From positions 67,520,852 through 67,584,851 of the forward strand of contig NC_133620.1 in assembly GCF_048593235.1 (NCBI RefSeq): a DNA stretch of 64,000 bases, in the 5' to 3' direction. Made by a program: the position numbers and the translations under genes. The notes below the pieces were generated by a model that did no database searches, was not told where the DNA came from, and saw nothing but the letters and a program-made list of their open reading frames with translations. The stretch is from Sminthopsis crassicaudata. Lineage: Eukaryota. Positions 38,237 through 51,783 of the stretch are shown in pieces. How positions within the stretch are numbered: position 1 is the first letter of the stretch; every line of letters starts with the position of its first letter.

Positions 38237-40060
38237 AATCATTTGATTCAATCAAGCATGTTAACTTGACCATCTTGTTTCATTTACTAAAGGGATGAAC
38301 AAACTATTGGGAGTCCTTTCAAGGAAATTTTTTTTGACTCAAGCCTGTTACTTGATTGTAGTACTTTAATTTTCTTTTCCACCTAATGAGATATGTAACT
38401 TATGTTTTAATTATTAACTTTTTCTTGCATTTTAAAAAGTTGAGTCTTGGTTCCTTTTTATAGGATACTAGTAAGCAGCTAATGGTATTTTTTGTTTAGA
38501 TTTCTACTTCTAGAATTACAATCTCAAAACTGGAATTTAATAATAAGCAGTATAATATCACCAAAAAAGAGAATTTTCCTTTTTATCTAAATAAGTATAT
38601 TTTTAAAATGCATTTGATCTGTAATCAAGATGTTTTACAGATCTCAAATAAAACCCTGGGACAGTCTAAACAGAGTGACATTTAAGATTGTTACAGAAAG
38701 ATTCAAAAGTTATTGAACAAAGAAATATGGGTCCTAGAGACAGAAGTGGCCTACTGATCTCATTTCTTCCAATTCCCTCATTTTAAAGTGGAGTCAGCCA
38801 AAGCCTAGAGAATTGACAGCACTTTGTCAAAATTGTACTGCCAAACAGAAACACAATCAGGATTAGGAACTGAGTCTCCTAAATTCTAAGTGAGAGTTTT
38901 TCTCTTTTGCTTGGTAATCTGAATGGAACCAATGAGGTATGGGTAGGGAGAAAGGGAAAAACATTAATTTTGAGACTTCCCTTTCCTGATGCCTTATATA
39001 GCCATCAAAATGGTAATGCACATATAGCTATTTTTCTTCAAAACTGCTTTTTAGGAAAGTTTATTTGAATTTTCAATCTCCTTCTAGAAGTTTAATTTAA
39101 CTGTAGTCTTCTAGAAACTTAGGTGTTAATTGTCATGTAAAAGCTTAAATTGTACCAAAAATAATCTGTGATGATTTGTCTAGTCAATTTTATTTTTAAA
39201 CTTTTTCTTCTCTTTTAACCTAAATATGATTTATGTTCTCTTTGTCTCTGTCTCTCTCACCCTGTATGCCCATAGAACCTATAATATTAGAGGTTGAAGG
39301 AACATTAGGTTTATAGAAGAGTATTCTGAATTTATTGATGATGAAATTAAGATCCAGAGAGGTTATGACATGTCCATTGTTGCATAGCTAGTTAGTAGAA
39401 TATCAAAGACTAGACTCTCTGGTTTTTTATGTTAATTTCCTCATATAAAAAAGCAGGCAAAAAGCATGTTACCTGCTTACTTATAATGCCAAGCATTGTA
39501 CAAAATGCTGGGAATACTAATGCAAGCAAAAAGTAAGATTGACCTTATTCTCAAGGAGTTTATATTCCAATGGGAGAAGATAGCACATAAAAGGGAGTTG
39601 AAGAGTGGGGTAGAGGCTGTGGTAGTTAAGTGTAGAAGTCAAGAACTAAGTCAGGTAAAAACATAGTGGATCCAGACTGTGCCCAGAAAGGAGAAATTAA
39701 ATGGGAGGAGACCAGCCACATGGCAGAGGATTTATTTCAGTGTGGGAAGGTAGTTACTTCATGATGATACATATCTGAAGCATAGCCAGAGAAGGAATGA
39801 ATGAAGCATCAGGAACAAAACATCATTCAATATCGATCTACTTCTGCCAATAATTTACCCTGCAACCTTGGAAAAGCTACTCAAACTTACTTCATTTGTT
39901 TGTTTCCAAGTTTGGGGAAAATTAGTTGATTACAATACTTACAGAGAGGAAGAATTTATTTTATTAATCTTTAACAGAATATGTTTTTAGCCCAAACAAC
40001 ACCTCTTCATTTAAGTATGTGTGCATGTTAGACATTAAAATGTGTATATGCTTATATATT

Positions 40061-40085
40061 TGTGTGTGTGTGTGTGTGTGTGTGT
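40061..40085 (+). repeat. (TG)12 microsatellite
   Basis: Direct reading. Confidence 0.95.
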
Positions 40086-42040
40086 ATAGGCTCTTGCAAG
40101 GTTAAAAATACTTTGCAAAGTTAAGTTTATGTTATCCAAAGTTTAACAAGCCCCTAGACTAGTTAAATCTTGCTAGTATAGTTTCACTTCTAAGTAGTTT
40201 CTAGTTAGTTAAGTTAGTTCTAAGTAGTTTTCTGCCAGATTTTTAACATTTTCTTTCCTTATTGTATATTTCAATAGTTTTCAAATTTCAAATACCTCAA
40301 ATTTTCAAATCTCAAATATTCTCTCAATTTAAAAGAATACTTTTCTCTGCAAATTCACAATAAAGTTACTAGCTTAAATTTTATCTAGGAATCCTTCAAA
40401 AATTGATTTAAACATCTTAAAATATAACTTAATCAGATAATTCTAGTTGTTTAACGTGATTTTCACGTCAACATTTTCCTTCATGATTAAGGCATGTGCA
40501 TGCTTTCCAAAAATGTTTGTTTTACTTTAGTGTTGGTTGAAAAATTAAAACTTATGTCCTCACAACCAAGAATAGACACATAATTTTCAATTCATTTGTT
40601 CTACTTAGTCTTAACTAAAGAGTATTTCTTCATTAACTAGGGAAATTAAGGAATCTAAAAATATATGTCTTTGATTTCTTATTTGGGGCCAGGTAACATT
40701 TTCTTCATGTGTGAATCACAAAATCTGCTATCTTAAAAAGATGGTGATTTAACAATAAAGTGGTGTTTGTTTTTTTTGTTTTTTTTTTTTTTTCAGTTTT
40801 TGATTAGAAAAAAGTCATAAAGAAGTTGTTACAGTTCACTGGATAATACTGGAAATCATTTATTAGACTTGTGTTTTACATTGTATTGCATAAGAACTAC
40901 ATATGATAAAAACACTAAAATTAATTTAATTACATGTTTCAGAGAATTATTTTGGTTTAAATTTCTTGACTGAATAATGAATTCCAGCACGCTGGCTTTT
41001 AGAACAAGATAATAGGAAAAATCAGGAAATCCTGCTAAGTTCCTTTGAAAAGACTTAAGCCACCAAACCAGCAAGTAGGAAATTGTTCAAGTTCTTATTT
41101 TTGAACTTTATTTTCTTAAAGCTACCTAATTTCTGTTCTTTAATACTTTCATATTATTAATATATAGGACATTTATTGTCTTCATACAACAACCTTCAAA
41201 TAAAACATTGAAAATAATTTGATGATTAAATAAGACATTTGCCAAATTCAGTCTCCATTCAAAAGATAGATATGTTATATAAAAACAGAAGATTCCCAGT
41301 TATATCTTAAATATTTATAAGTTTAAGTTTATATTTGATTTATTGGGGAGGATTAATATGTAATCATTCTTACTATTACAAGACTCTTCACATTAAGTAT
41401 GACTCAAACCCCTTTTGTTTTAATGGTATATCAAGTTCTGTCCTCTCTTGAAAGGGGAAAGGTAAAATATATAAAAATTATTTTCTCTAAATTTCTGTTC
41501 AATCACTTTAAAGCCATGAGATTCTATGTTTACTTTCTTCATTTCCCAGCAACTGTGAAAAAGTTTGAAAAATATAGTAAATTTGTTTCAATTTAATGAT
41601 ATTGATTACAAAATTTACAGAATTCTAACTATATGATTCTAAGTAGAAAGTAAAATATAGAAGTATTATATAAGCTTTGCCAGTGGTTATCATATCAGCA
41701 GGAATTGATTTGTTAGTCATGTTTTAGGTATTGAACTTATTGATATTGCTATATAGTTGGCCCTTATGTAAGCAGAGAAAGTAGCTATTTCCCGAAGATA
41801 ATAGTAAAAATACCCACAGGCCCATCTCCTCAAAATACCTCAATTGGTCTACCACAAGGCCTAAAACTCCCATAATTAATAGTAATTTCTTTGAGTTAAG
41901 GCATGATTTTCAAATATGAAAATTAAATGTTTCCATAGAGAGGCCTTACATTAACCCATTGGCACTATTTAAGTATATTTACACAATTACCTGACAGGAA
42001 CAAGAGGAAAAGGATACATAAAAGACAACTTCTGATAGAG

Positions 42041-42334
42041 CAGTGGTCTCCAAAGTGGGGGCCAGGACCCCCATTCTAGGGGATGAGTGATCAGCCAGTA
42101 AAAAGAAAAGCATTCCACCTTCCCTCTTACAACATGGGGTGGAGTTTATTCACCATTTCCACTTGTACCTGTATCCCCAGAACTCCTCTTCCCTTTGGCT
42201 GCTGCTATACAAACCCCCAAACTCCTCCAATCTCTGTTGGCAGTCTGGGGTATTTGGGAAATGCTTGCCATTGCCTCCAGCCTGTAGGTAGCTGTCAGCT
42301 TGAACAGGAAACTCTTAGGGTTTGGGGACCAGTG
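42041..42334 (+). mobile_element. Non-autonomous hAT/Charlie-type DNA transposon
   Basis: Imperfect TIRs CAGTGGTCTCCAAA ... TTTGGGGACCAGTG; degenerate 8-bp flanks tgatagag / actcagaa. Confidence 0.65.
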
Positions 42335-42724
42335 ACTCAGAAGTCCTGCCTCCTAATTTTCTTTGGGGGGGGGTGGTGTGGAGAACAGAGTGAATTGCAT
42401 AACATGAATGAGCAAATAGATTGTGACCTTGGAGGCAACTTAAGTTCTTCCTCATTTTCACTAGTCCCATACCCACATATCCCTCTTGCCAAATCATTTC
42501 AGTTCTTCCTTAACATTCCATATTTTTCTTGTCTTTACATATACTGCCCAGTTCATGTCCTCATTGCCTCTCACATGGATTATTGAATTATCATTCTTAA
42601 TTGGCTTTTCTACTTTATTTCTTCTCAGTCTAGTCCATCCTTCATATGATGGCCAAATTAATTTCCTAAAATTCTGGCCATGTCCCTCGATCTTTTGCTT
42701 AGTCAAAAGAAGGAAGGAAATAAA

Positions 42725-42983
42725 TATTTATTAAGTACCTATAAAGAGGTGCCAGGCATTTTGCTAACTTCTTTACAGAAATTGCATTTTATCCTTACAA
42801 CAACCCAGGGAGTTTTAAGTGCTGTCATTGTCCCCAGTTTACAGCTGAGGAAACCAAGATAGTCAGATTTATCAGTGATTTATCCAGGATCTCAAAGCTA
42901 GGAAGTATCTGAGGCAAGATTTCAACTCAAATCTTTGTGATCTTAGATCTGGCCCTCTATGCTCCTCAACATTGAGCTGCCCC
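42725..42983 (-). mobile_element. MIR
   Basis: atccttacaacaaccc..ccccagtttacagctgaggaaacc..ctgaggcaagatttcaactc..gagctgcccc. Confidence 0.8.
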
Positions 42984-43185
42984 TGTGAAAAAATCCAAAT
43001 GAAACCTTATTGCTGCTACAAAATTTTATTTCAAGTTTATCTGCCCTTTTTAAAATTTCATTTTGCTAAGTTCTGTAATGTGCATAATCATTATAGTGGT
43101 ACATACATATGTAATTTATAATTATATTCCTGTTTTTAGAATAAAGGATATATAATTTTTAATTAATGTTCTTATTTTATGTTAG

Positions 43186-43291
43186 TTTAAATCTACATCA
43201 AATAAGAATGTATCTGTGGTAGGATGGATGGTGATGATGGCTGATGATCCTGAACACCCAGATCTCTTCTTGCTGACAGACTCTGAAAAAG
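43186..43291 (+). CDS. RALGPS2: RALGPS2 exon I (106 nt, PH domain)
   Basis: gttAG|; [35 protein letters not shown](G); donor G|GTAATT; phase 0-1. Confidence 0.97.
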
Positions 43292-43329
43292 GTAATTGAG
43301 TTTAGTGCTTATTTCACTTTCTATCTCTC

Positions 43330-44170
43330 ACTCCATAATGGTAGTCATGTCCTGAACCAGTCTTCCCTGCCCCGCCCTCTTGGTAATTCCATCACTTTCC
43401 ACAGGAATAATTATCTCTGTATATCCAACCATCCTCTCTCCTGGTCACACGTCCTGCATCTCCAAATGTTTTTTAGATATTTTAAATGGAATATTCCATA
43501 GATATTTTAAACTTTTAAAATTCATCTTTACCTCAAAACCCACTCTTCTTCCAAACTTAACTATTTCTGTCAGGAACTCCCAGCCTTAGTATCATCCTGT
43601 TGCTCTCGATTCCCTATTCCCCTTCGATGCATGCATTTAGTTGCCAAATCCCACCCTTTCTACCTCTAGAACCTCTCAAGTCTTTTTCTTTCCTCTAATA
43701 GAGCTTCCACCTTAGCTAAAGTCTCCAGCACCTCTAATATGACCCATTGTATAACTTTCTAATGGGTCTTGAAGCCTCAAATCTCTCCCCATTCTAATTT
43801 ATCTGTCATTCACCTGTCAAAATGATTGGACATAAAAACAAATCTGACTGGGTCCTTCCCCTATTCAGTAAACTTTAGTGATTCACCATTATTTCTGAGA
43901 ACTTATAGGAGCTTCTCTATTTGGCTGGATTTTAAAGGTCCTTAAAAACCTGGTCCCAATTTTTTCCAGCCTTATTAACCATCACTCCTCTTCACACCCT
44001 CTACAACTCAATCAGTCAAGCCTTGATTTTCTTCCATTTCTCACACACACACTTTAATTCAAGCAAATATAAGCTCCCTGAAAAAAGGAATTCTGACTTT
44101 TTTTCCTTTTTTGCTCCATTGCCTGGCTCTTATTAGGCATCTAACCAGTGCTGATCAAGTGCTTATTTAT
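43330..44170 (+). mobile_element. L2 fragment (another at ~42390-42690)
   Basis: Pyrimidine-rich L2 sense sequence: ttgccaaatcccaccctttctacctc, caaatctctcccc..attcacctgtcaaa, aagctccctg..ttgctccattgcctggc. Confidence 0.78.
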
Positions 44171-44329
44171 TTGAGGAGTAATCATTATGACCTACTTTAG
44201 GGGTAAAAATAGTAAAAATAAGCTTTGGTGGCAAACTGATTTTTGATATTGGCAGCATCTACATTTTTTATTTACCTCTGCCTGATCATTTTTTTTTTCT
44301 TGGCTTTTTTTTTCCCCCCCTACATTTAG

Positions 44330-44421
44330 GAAACTCATACAAGTTTCAAGCTGGTAATAGAATGAATGCAATGCTGTGGTTTAAACATTTGAGTGCAGCT
44401 TGCCAAAGCAACAGACAACAG
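44330..44421 (+). CDS. RALGPS2: RALGPS2 exon J (92 nt, end of PH domain)
   Basis: Long pyrimidine tract then tttAG|GA; (G)[30 protein letters not shown]; donor CAG|GTGAGT; phase 1-0. Confidence 0.97.
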
Positions 44422-45939
44422 GTGAGTTAATAGTTTCAAATTATCTTGAGAGTACTATATAAGTCGAGAATTGTATTAAAAAGTGATTGAGAGAAAATAT
44501 GAAGCTCCCTCCTAAATATGAAGTGAACAGATAGCATTGTGTTCATTATTTTTCTTGCACTGCCAGTAGAATAAACTCCCTTGAAGGTTTTTCCATTTAC
44601 AGTTTCTATGATCTTAAAACTACTGAGAAAGGGGCTGTGTGCTCCCAGCAAGGAACTCCCTTTTGGTAGTTGACTTTGACTGCATATATTTAAAAAATCA
44701 TCCATCATTTTCATTTGAAAGCTAAACTATCGTGGCAGCACACAGACTTTGAAATTCATTGAACATATCCAATGACTCTTAAGAGACACTTGATCTATTG
44801 AATTGATTCAAATGGAAAAGTCAAACATTCTGTAGAGTCTATTGAAACTTAATACATAGTCAAACAGTATGACTGGACATATTTTTATAACAAAGAATGT
44901 AAAATTAGTAAATGAAAACAGTTTATTTTGATCCATTTTCACTTAATCTGATTGAGTTTGCTTTCATCAAAGAACACTCACAGCTACTGAAATCGTTTTT
45001 TGTTTCCTGAAACAACTGTCATACCAGAATGATTTTTAATTGTGACCTTCAGATACTGACATCGTAGGATCTCCTAAGATTGGATTTTCATGTTCAGGAC
45101 CTCTGAGTTATAGTAGGTCCTGAAGTGGTAAAGCAAGTATAACATAAACATCTCATCTTATCTCAACATTTTACAAGAAACTCTTAAGAGTTCTATAGAA
45201 CAGTGATGGGGAAAAAAATTGACATAGCAACTTGATACTTGAAAAACAATATTTATATTTTTTCTATTTACATGTTTTAGGAATACTTATGCATGGCCAT
45301 TTGGGGAAGGTGTGTAGTAGCGGGAGACTCTGGACCTTTGTTTTTACCCAAAATAGAAATTCCTCCCACTGATGCATATCAGCAATTCATCTATGGCATA
45401 GTCTCAGTTGCCTAAGGCACCAAGACAATACAAAACTAGAATTGTGTCAAAGGCGGGCCTCCTGGAACCTTGCTCTTCCTGACTCCAGAGCTGGAATACA
45501 CCACACTGCCATTAATATCTAAAAACAGCCCTACGATGGGCTAATTGCACTGTCAGGCACCATTTTTAGTAGTCTTTCTTTTACAGAAACATTTAGTGTT
45601 AAATAGACCATAAACTTTTAATGAGTTCAAAAAGCCTAGAATGTAGAATATAGTAGGAAGTAGTTGATACTCAGAAGTAAAATGAAACAAAGGGAATAAA
45701 TCTCATTTGATTTGCTTCATTCTTCAAAGATAGGCAGTTTGGTACTGCAGTTAAATAGAAGAATCAGCCAAAAGCATTGTCCAAGAGGAGCAAAAGGGTT
45801 TAGGGACTTGCTTCAAGCAAAAGCCATTTTGCTGTCTTGGGCAAGCTAGGTTTGTTTGTATTGATTGATATTGTGGTATTGATTTATGTGTACATAAATT
45901 TACATATGTGTATAAAAATCTCTGCTCCAAATTCAAAAA

Positions 45940-47480
45940 TGAAAGGACTGGAAAAATGCATTCCTGCACTCCATATTATCAAGGAAGAAGAACATGTTTC
46001 TTGTAAGTTCAGGAGAGAATAAAGGTTTCAAAGAATAAAAAGAAAATTAGGATGTAAAGAAACAAAGGGGATTGTCTCCTGCGTCAGGAGGTGGGAGAAT
46101 GAAAGAATGAAGCACATAGAAAGAAAGGGCAGAGGAAAGCTTTTCCTTTTCTGTGCTTCATGCTTAGAAAGCAGCCATGAAACTTTTCCTTTAGAAAGAG
46201 AAGCCTGGACCTCCTCTGGAGGAAGGAGCTTCTGGTGTTCCAAGGAATGAGAGGGATGATAATGTTACTGTGGTTTGTCCTTCATCCACCTGAGAGCCAG
46301 TGTGGTTCCAGAATGGGCTAAGGATCAGTCGGCACACAGTTTAGGAAGGGCCAGGAGCAGAGCAGAGATCTAGATACAACCCTGGTCTCTGATCCATTCA
46401 CAAGAGCTTTTGGAAATCAGGTCAAACTCATGTGGTTGCCCAGAGAAGTCCACCATGGTTGCCTCTCAGTCCCACGTCAGCTTGCCTGCAGGAGCTCTGG
46501 CCCTTCCCCAAGTGCCAGTGCAGTACAGCAAGGCTGGGCTCCCTGCACATCCTCAGCAAGGACAGACACAGCATTGAGGTCAGTGGCCTCCTTGGTGCTG
46601 AATCGTCTGGCTTGAAATGGCTGCTGCTGTTTGGAGCCTTCAGTGAGAACAAACACGGCATCGGAGGTAATGAATGCACTGATGGTAACTGTTGTACCAG
46701 CCAAGACTAAAAGTGGAAGAAGAGTGGGAGGGCGGCTTTTTGTCTGCAGATGACCCTGCAGCCTCTAAGGCAGAGATGGAAAAGCTGCTCCATCAGCCAG
46801 TATATGGAACCATTATAGCAAATGAAGAAATTTTGAATACCGTGGATAGATTCACTCAGTATGCACATTGAGATTGCTACATACTGCTAGAACTGGGTCA
46901 GCGTTTGGGACGTTTCAAAGGAAAGTACAGGAGAGAACATGTATTATTCCTATCACACTGAAGGAAGATCTTAAAAGCTGTTGTGCAGACCTCATGGTTG
47001 TATGCCTGTGAAATCTGGACAGTGTGCCAACGCCCTGCCAGGAACCAAAATTGCCTCCATTAGGAAGATTTTGAAGATCACCTGGCAAGAGAAGGTATTG
47101 AGGTTCTTCTCGAGCCTAACTGCCAAGCCCTCCAACACTGCTGCAGAGAGTGCAGTTCTAATGGGCTAGCCACAGTGTCTGAATTCCAAAGACACATTTG
47201 CTTAAAAGACTATTTATATAGAATTCCCAAGAGAGGCACTAACGTGGTGGTCAGAAGCAGCTAAGAAAGGACAGTCCAGGTCTCTGAAGAACTTTGCTTC
47301 AGTTCGCGGCTTGGGCAACACTCACCTGGACATATGCCAAAACAGCATTGCGGTAGCTTGGAAGAAAAGAGAAATGCAAAATTTAGAGCCATTGTCTCTC
47401 CAGATGTCACCTGGTCTACTTGGGCCCAGTCTGTGAGAGAGCCTCTTGACATTGGTCTGATCAGTCATAGTCAGAAACAC
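45940..47480 (+). mobile_element. Degraded RTE-clade LINE fragment (RT domain to near 3' end)
   Basis: cctgagagccagtgtgg, ttgcccagagaag, AFSENKHGI..TDG, tctgcagatgac (ADD motif relic), tatgcctgtgaaatctggacag, aggaagattttgaagatcacctggca and gtctctgaagaactttg follow the recalled marsupial RTE ORF order. Core 46270-47480; upstream extension less certain. Confidence 0.85.
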
Positions 47481-47596
47481 TACCTTGACTCCAACATAGT
47501 GAAGTCATTGGGTCTTTTTTTGAGCACAAAGGACCATAACCAATTATTTTTCCAATGTGCTACTTATACATAGTATATACAATATACCAAATATGG

Positions 47597-47624
<28 letters not shown>
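47597..47624. repeat. (TA)14 microsatellite
   Basis: Direct reading. Confidence 0.95.
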
Positions 47625-47629
<5 letters not shown>

Positions 47630-48112
47630 TTACATGTGTGTACTAATGTATATACATACTATATTATATACTACATACAATATACTACATAAATTGTTCT
47701 CCTGGTTCTGTTCATTTCACTCTAACATCAGTTCATACAAGGTCAGGGGTTGTTTTCAATTTTTCTGTTTCCACAGGGTTTATCACAGTTCATGACACAT
47801 AGTAAACACTTAATAAATGTTTGATGATGATTTCAGAGATAGGCTTACTGGAATCCAATGGCTTAATGTTTTTTTGCAGGGAGAACTCGCCCAAGAGGGA
47901 TGGGAAGCTCTCACGAATAAAGTGATCACAGTGAAGAGGAAAAAAGAGCCTGCCATGGTTTGGGGGCTTATGAAAGTTGAAGTTAAAAGTAGATTTGGTT
48001 TAAGCTTTTTAGAAAGTGATTCAGAATTACACTAAAACATTGTAAAGATTGTAAAAAGAAGTTATGTATGGGAGATGGAAACCAAGGCAAGTAACAAAGA
48101 AGGAATTCCAGA

Positions 48113-48349
48113 GGGCAGCTGGATGATTAGGGTATAGAAGGGCTGACCATGGATCCACAAGACTTACATTCCAGCTTCGTTGTAGTTTTGACCAGCTTAT
48201 AATCATGGATGAATCTCTTACCTGCTCAGATCCACAGTTGCTATCTGTGCAACCAAGATAATACTAACGCTGCTTAGTTCACAGGATTGTCATGAGGAAA
48301 GAGCTTATAAACATAACATACTCTTCTAATATGAATACTTATTATTATT
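48113..48349 (+). mobile_element. MIR
   Basis: gggcagctgga head, CORE-like middle, cacaggattgtcatgagga and attattatt tail. Confidence 0.65.
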
Positions 48350-48719
48350 GATCTCCATTACTGAAGATATTTGAGTGGAAGCTGAATGGCTTATTTTGAA
48401 GCATATTATAAAAGAATATTCCTCTTCAGGTACCTAGCAGATTAGATGACATTTGAAGTCACTTCTGGCTCCAAGATTCTATACTTTTATACATGTCCTC
48501 ATAAAATTTGTGTTAGCATCCCCCAAGTCTGAAGTGAACTAAGGACAAAAAAAAAAAAAAAAAAGTCATTTGTTTGGGTTTGTTTTGAAGCTTTTTTTTG
48601 GTGGGGGGGAGTAAGGAGAGGATCAAAGAAGGAATAACACAGCTGTTCAGGGTAGAGCAAAGAAAGTTGAAACCCGAATGAGTCATGAATAACAAGAATC
48701 ACCAGCCACCTCCAAGATT

Positions 48720-48893
48720 GCTAGAATGTTGAGTCAAAAAGATCTGAGCCCTTATCCTGTCTCAGATACTTTTAACTGGGAAATCAACCGAACTCTAATG
48801 TTCCATTTTCCTCATTTGTAAAGTGGCAAGTAATAATACTTATGGGGTCCTGTGAAGCTCAGATAAAATAATATAAAACGCTTTTGCAAACTT
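48720..48893 (+). mobile_element. MIR
   Basis: gagtcaaaaagatctgag..ttttcctcatttgtaaagtgg..tgtgaagctcagataaaataat..ttttgcaaactt. Confidence 0.7.
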
Positions 48894-48904
48894 TCAGTTC
48901 AATC

Positions 48905-49083
48905 ATATCACAGTCTTCATGTCTACAGCTCCTTTTACAGATGAAGAAATGAAAGCAAATAGGGTTAAGTGCCTTTCCCAAGGTCATACAGCTAATACCT
49001 GTCTAAGAATAGATCTGAACTAAGGGAAATGAGTCTTCCTGACTTGAGGCCCAGTTCTGTATCCCCTGTACCATCTAGCTGCC
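48905..49083 (-). mobile_element. Mar1/MIR-type CORE-SINE
   Basis: ttttacagatgaagaaatgaaagcaaatagggttaagtg..aaggtcatacagcta..tcttcctgact..ccatctagctgcc. Confidence 0.8.
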
Positions 49084-50289
49084 TTGCAAACATAAATTTC
49101 AGTTTTTATTACTGTTATTAGATGAAATAGTGAGAGGAATCCCTGATAATTAGTTCAACTATGGACCTCTTGCATAAATAACCTGGATGACAGAAGAGTT
49201 TATAAAGGGGGAAAATATTTTTCCCCATCACGTACCTATGGCAGTTCTATGACAAGAGTTGGCCATTAGTCTCTGAACTCACAATTCTTAATTCAAACAT
49301 TCAGAAGCCAAAGAAGGTGATTTACAACTTTTGGTGTCAAGATGGTTTTTAGAAAGAGATTTGTACAGTAAAGGAATTAGCTTGTAGATTGATGGTGCCA
49401 CATCTCAGTATAAGTGTTTCTTTCACTGGTATAAATTCAGTTACCGTTTATTGAGCCTACATTCTGCACAAGGCACTAGAGATTCAGAGAGAAACAAGAG
49501 AATCTGTCCTCAGAGAATTTGTATTCTTCTGAGGGGCTACACAGGTCAGTAACTGTGAGGTGATTTTAGGAAAAGACTTGGTAAACTAGGAGTTCCCAGA
49601 AAGATTTCTCATAGAAAGTGGTTCATGAGCTAAGTCTTGCCAATAGCTAAAAAATGAAAGCAAGCAGTGAGCACATTCTACACATGGGAGCACAATTCCT
49701 GTTTTCTGAAGCTGGGTCTTCCCCACATCTTCTCATCACCTTCTGCTCTTGTCCAAGACTTTTCCATCAGTTTTCTGGAGAGAAGATAACCCGTCATACT
49801 AGAGTAGCCTTTCTCTGGCTTTCTTCATAGCTGTCTAACGCCAGCTTAATAACTAAGCCATTGACCTATTGTCTCTCTCAATTCATACTATTTCCCCCTT
49901 CCTATTTTCCTTGTACCAGCTCCATAATTTTCATGAAATACCACTCATCCTTTTCTTAGGGTATGTTAAAAAAAAAACTTGATAATTAGAGGAAACTTTT
50001 TACTATGTTATCACTGGAAGACAAAAGAAACTTATTTTTACTGGCTAACATTTTTCTTTTGAGGTATACTTCAGAGGATTCGTATAGAATTCACATAGAC
50101 ACTTTAAATATCTCAAAACACAGTAATATACTTTTAAAACTAAAACATTATGCAAATGTAAGATAATATCCAATCTAACTTCCTCTTTATATATGTGATA
50201 AGGAAATGGGGATCCAGATACCTGGGCTGCCTGTAGTTGGAATATCAACCTTGCTGCTAAAATGGTAGAGTAATATCTGATGCAAAAAG

Positions 50290-50480
50290 ACAGCATGGTT
50301 AAGGAATAGGGGAAAACCTAACTGTAGAGAGTTAGGTTCCAGCTCTGGCCAAGCCATCTGCTGGCTATAGGACTAATTTAAACTCTCTGAGCCTCAGTTT
50401 TCTCATTTGCAAATTAAGCATGATAGTGGTTTTTTTCAGAACCATTTTATAAACATAAAACATTCAAATGTGAGCTGTTA
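50290..50480 (+). mobile_element. MIR
   Basis: ttaggttccagctctggcc..aactctctgagcctcagttttctcatttgcaaa. Confidence 0.75.
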
Positions 50481-51089
50481 TTTTTGTTTCCTCATCATCC
50501 AACATAGATGGGAAATAAGATGAGATACATAAAGTGAATTTTCTAGATCACCAAATTAAAGTACCTAGAAATGCTTAGAAAATGAAAGAACAAAAAAAAC
50601 AGCTTTCTAAAATAAACTGTATACTTTTTTGCCTTATTGAAAATTAGCCCTTTTTTATGGCTAAAAGTTATTATGAACTTTTCTGTCAATAAATAACATG
50701 AGGATACTTCAGGGGCTATTGAGGTCAATATCATAGTGGGAACAAACCTCAAACTGTGCTAATTTTTAGTGCATTGATTTGGTAACATTAGTTTGGCTTT
50801 ACCATGGGTCTTTTTTCTTTTTTTCACTTATTTCCTGTTTTACGGATGTTTTCCTAAGTAAATAATCTCTTAAATAAATAAAATGTTGCCTCAGTAAAAT
50901 AACTTGTTTTTGGAAAGTACATTAGTTCTTTTAGGCTCTTTCCCCCCTGTTTTGTGCCCTGTTTGGAGGCATTGTCTAAATAGAATACATAAAAGAATAA
51001 ACACATTTTCTGCCATGCTTATGTAATTAGGTACTGAACAAGTCTCAGACACTGATTTAAGAACACTCTATTGCAGAGAACTAGCATGG

Positions 51090-51360
51090 GTTCTGTCCTG
51101 ACTTCTCAATCCCAATTTAAAACCCCACCTTCTATAAGAAGCCTTTCCTTAACCCTCTTTTAATTATTAATTATTAAGAATCAATGCTTTTCCTTCTTTT
51201 AATTATTTCTTCTTTATCCTGTATATAGCTCACTTTCTATATATTAATTTATATGTTGTCTCCCTCAATAGATTGTCAGCTCTTTGAGGCAGGGACTGTT
51301 TTTTGACTCTTTTTTGTATTCCCAGAATTTAGTATCGTGCCTAGCACACAGTAGATACTT
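51090..51360 (+). mobile_element. L2 3' end
   Basis: aagcctttccttaaccc..tagattgtcagctctttgaggcagggactgt..cctagcacacagtagatactt. Confidence 0.85.
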
Positions 51361-51783
51361 CCTGTAGTGAAGTCAAAGCATTTCTTTTTCATGTTTTAAT
51401 TCACTACAAAGATTTTAGCTAAATTTTATTTGATCTATGTCTGTATTGGATTTTTTTCCCCTTAGATCCTCCAGAATGTAGATGTCAAACTTATTGCCAG
51501 CAAAACTACAATATAGCCACCAGATTAAAATATAACTGAAAAATGTTTTAATAAAATGAACAAAAATATAAGGTAGATTTTTTTGGTGGGTTTTCAAAGT
51601 CAATATGCAACTTTCAGGGATAGGAATCTATTAGAGTTTGCTATAAACTGAACACTTTTTTATTATTACTATATTAATTTTCTTTTAATTTACAATTTCT
51701 GGATAATATCAAATTAGGAAACTTGACATTGGCTTGTCTGAATGACATGAGATATTGGTACAGTTATATTTTATGTTTTTCAG

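Noticed and set aside
42083-42586. 167-aa ORF, the longest non-ANGPTL1 ORF
   Set aside because: Spans a hAT-like element and an L2 fragment; no recognisable domain.
46428-46710. Overlapping ORFs as a novel gene or retrocopy
   Set aside because: Better explained as a decayed RTE reverse-transcriptase region.
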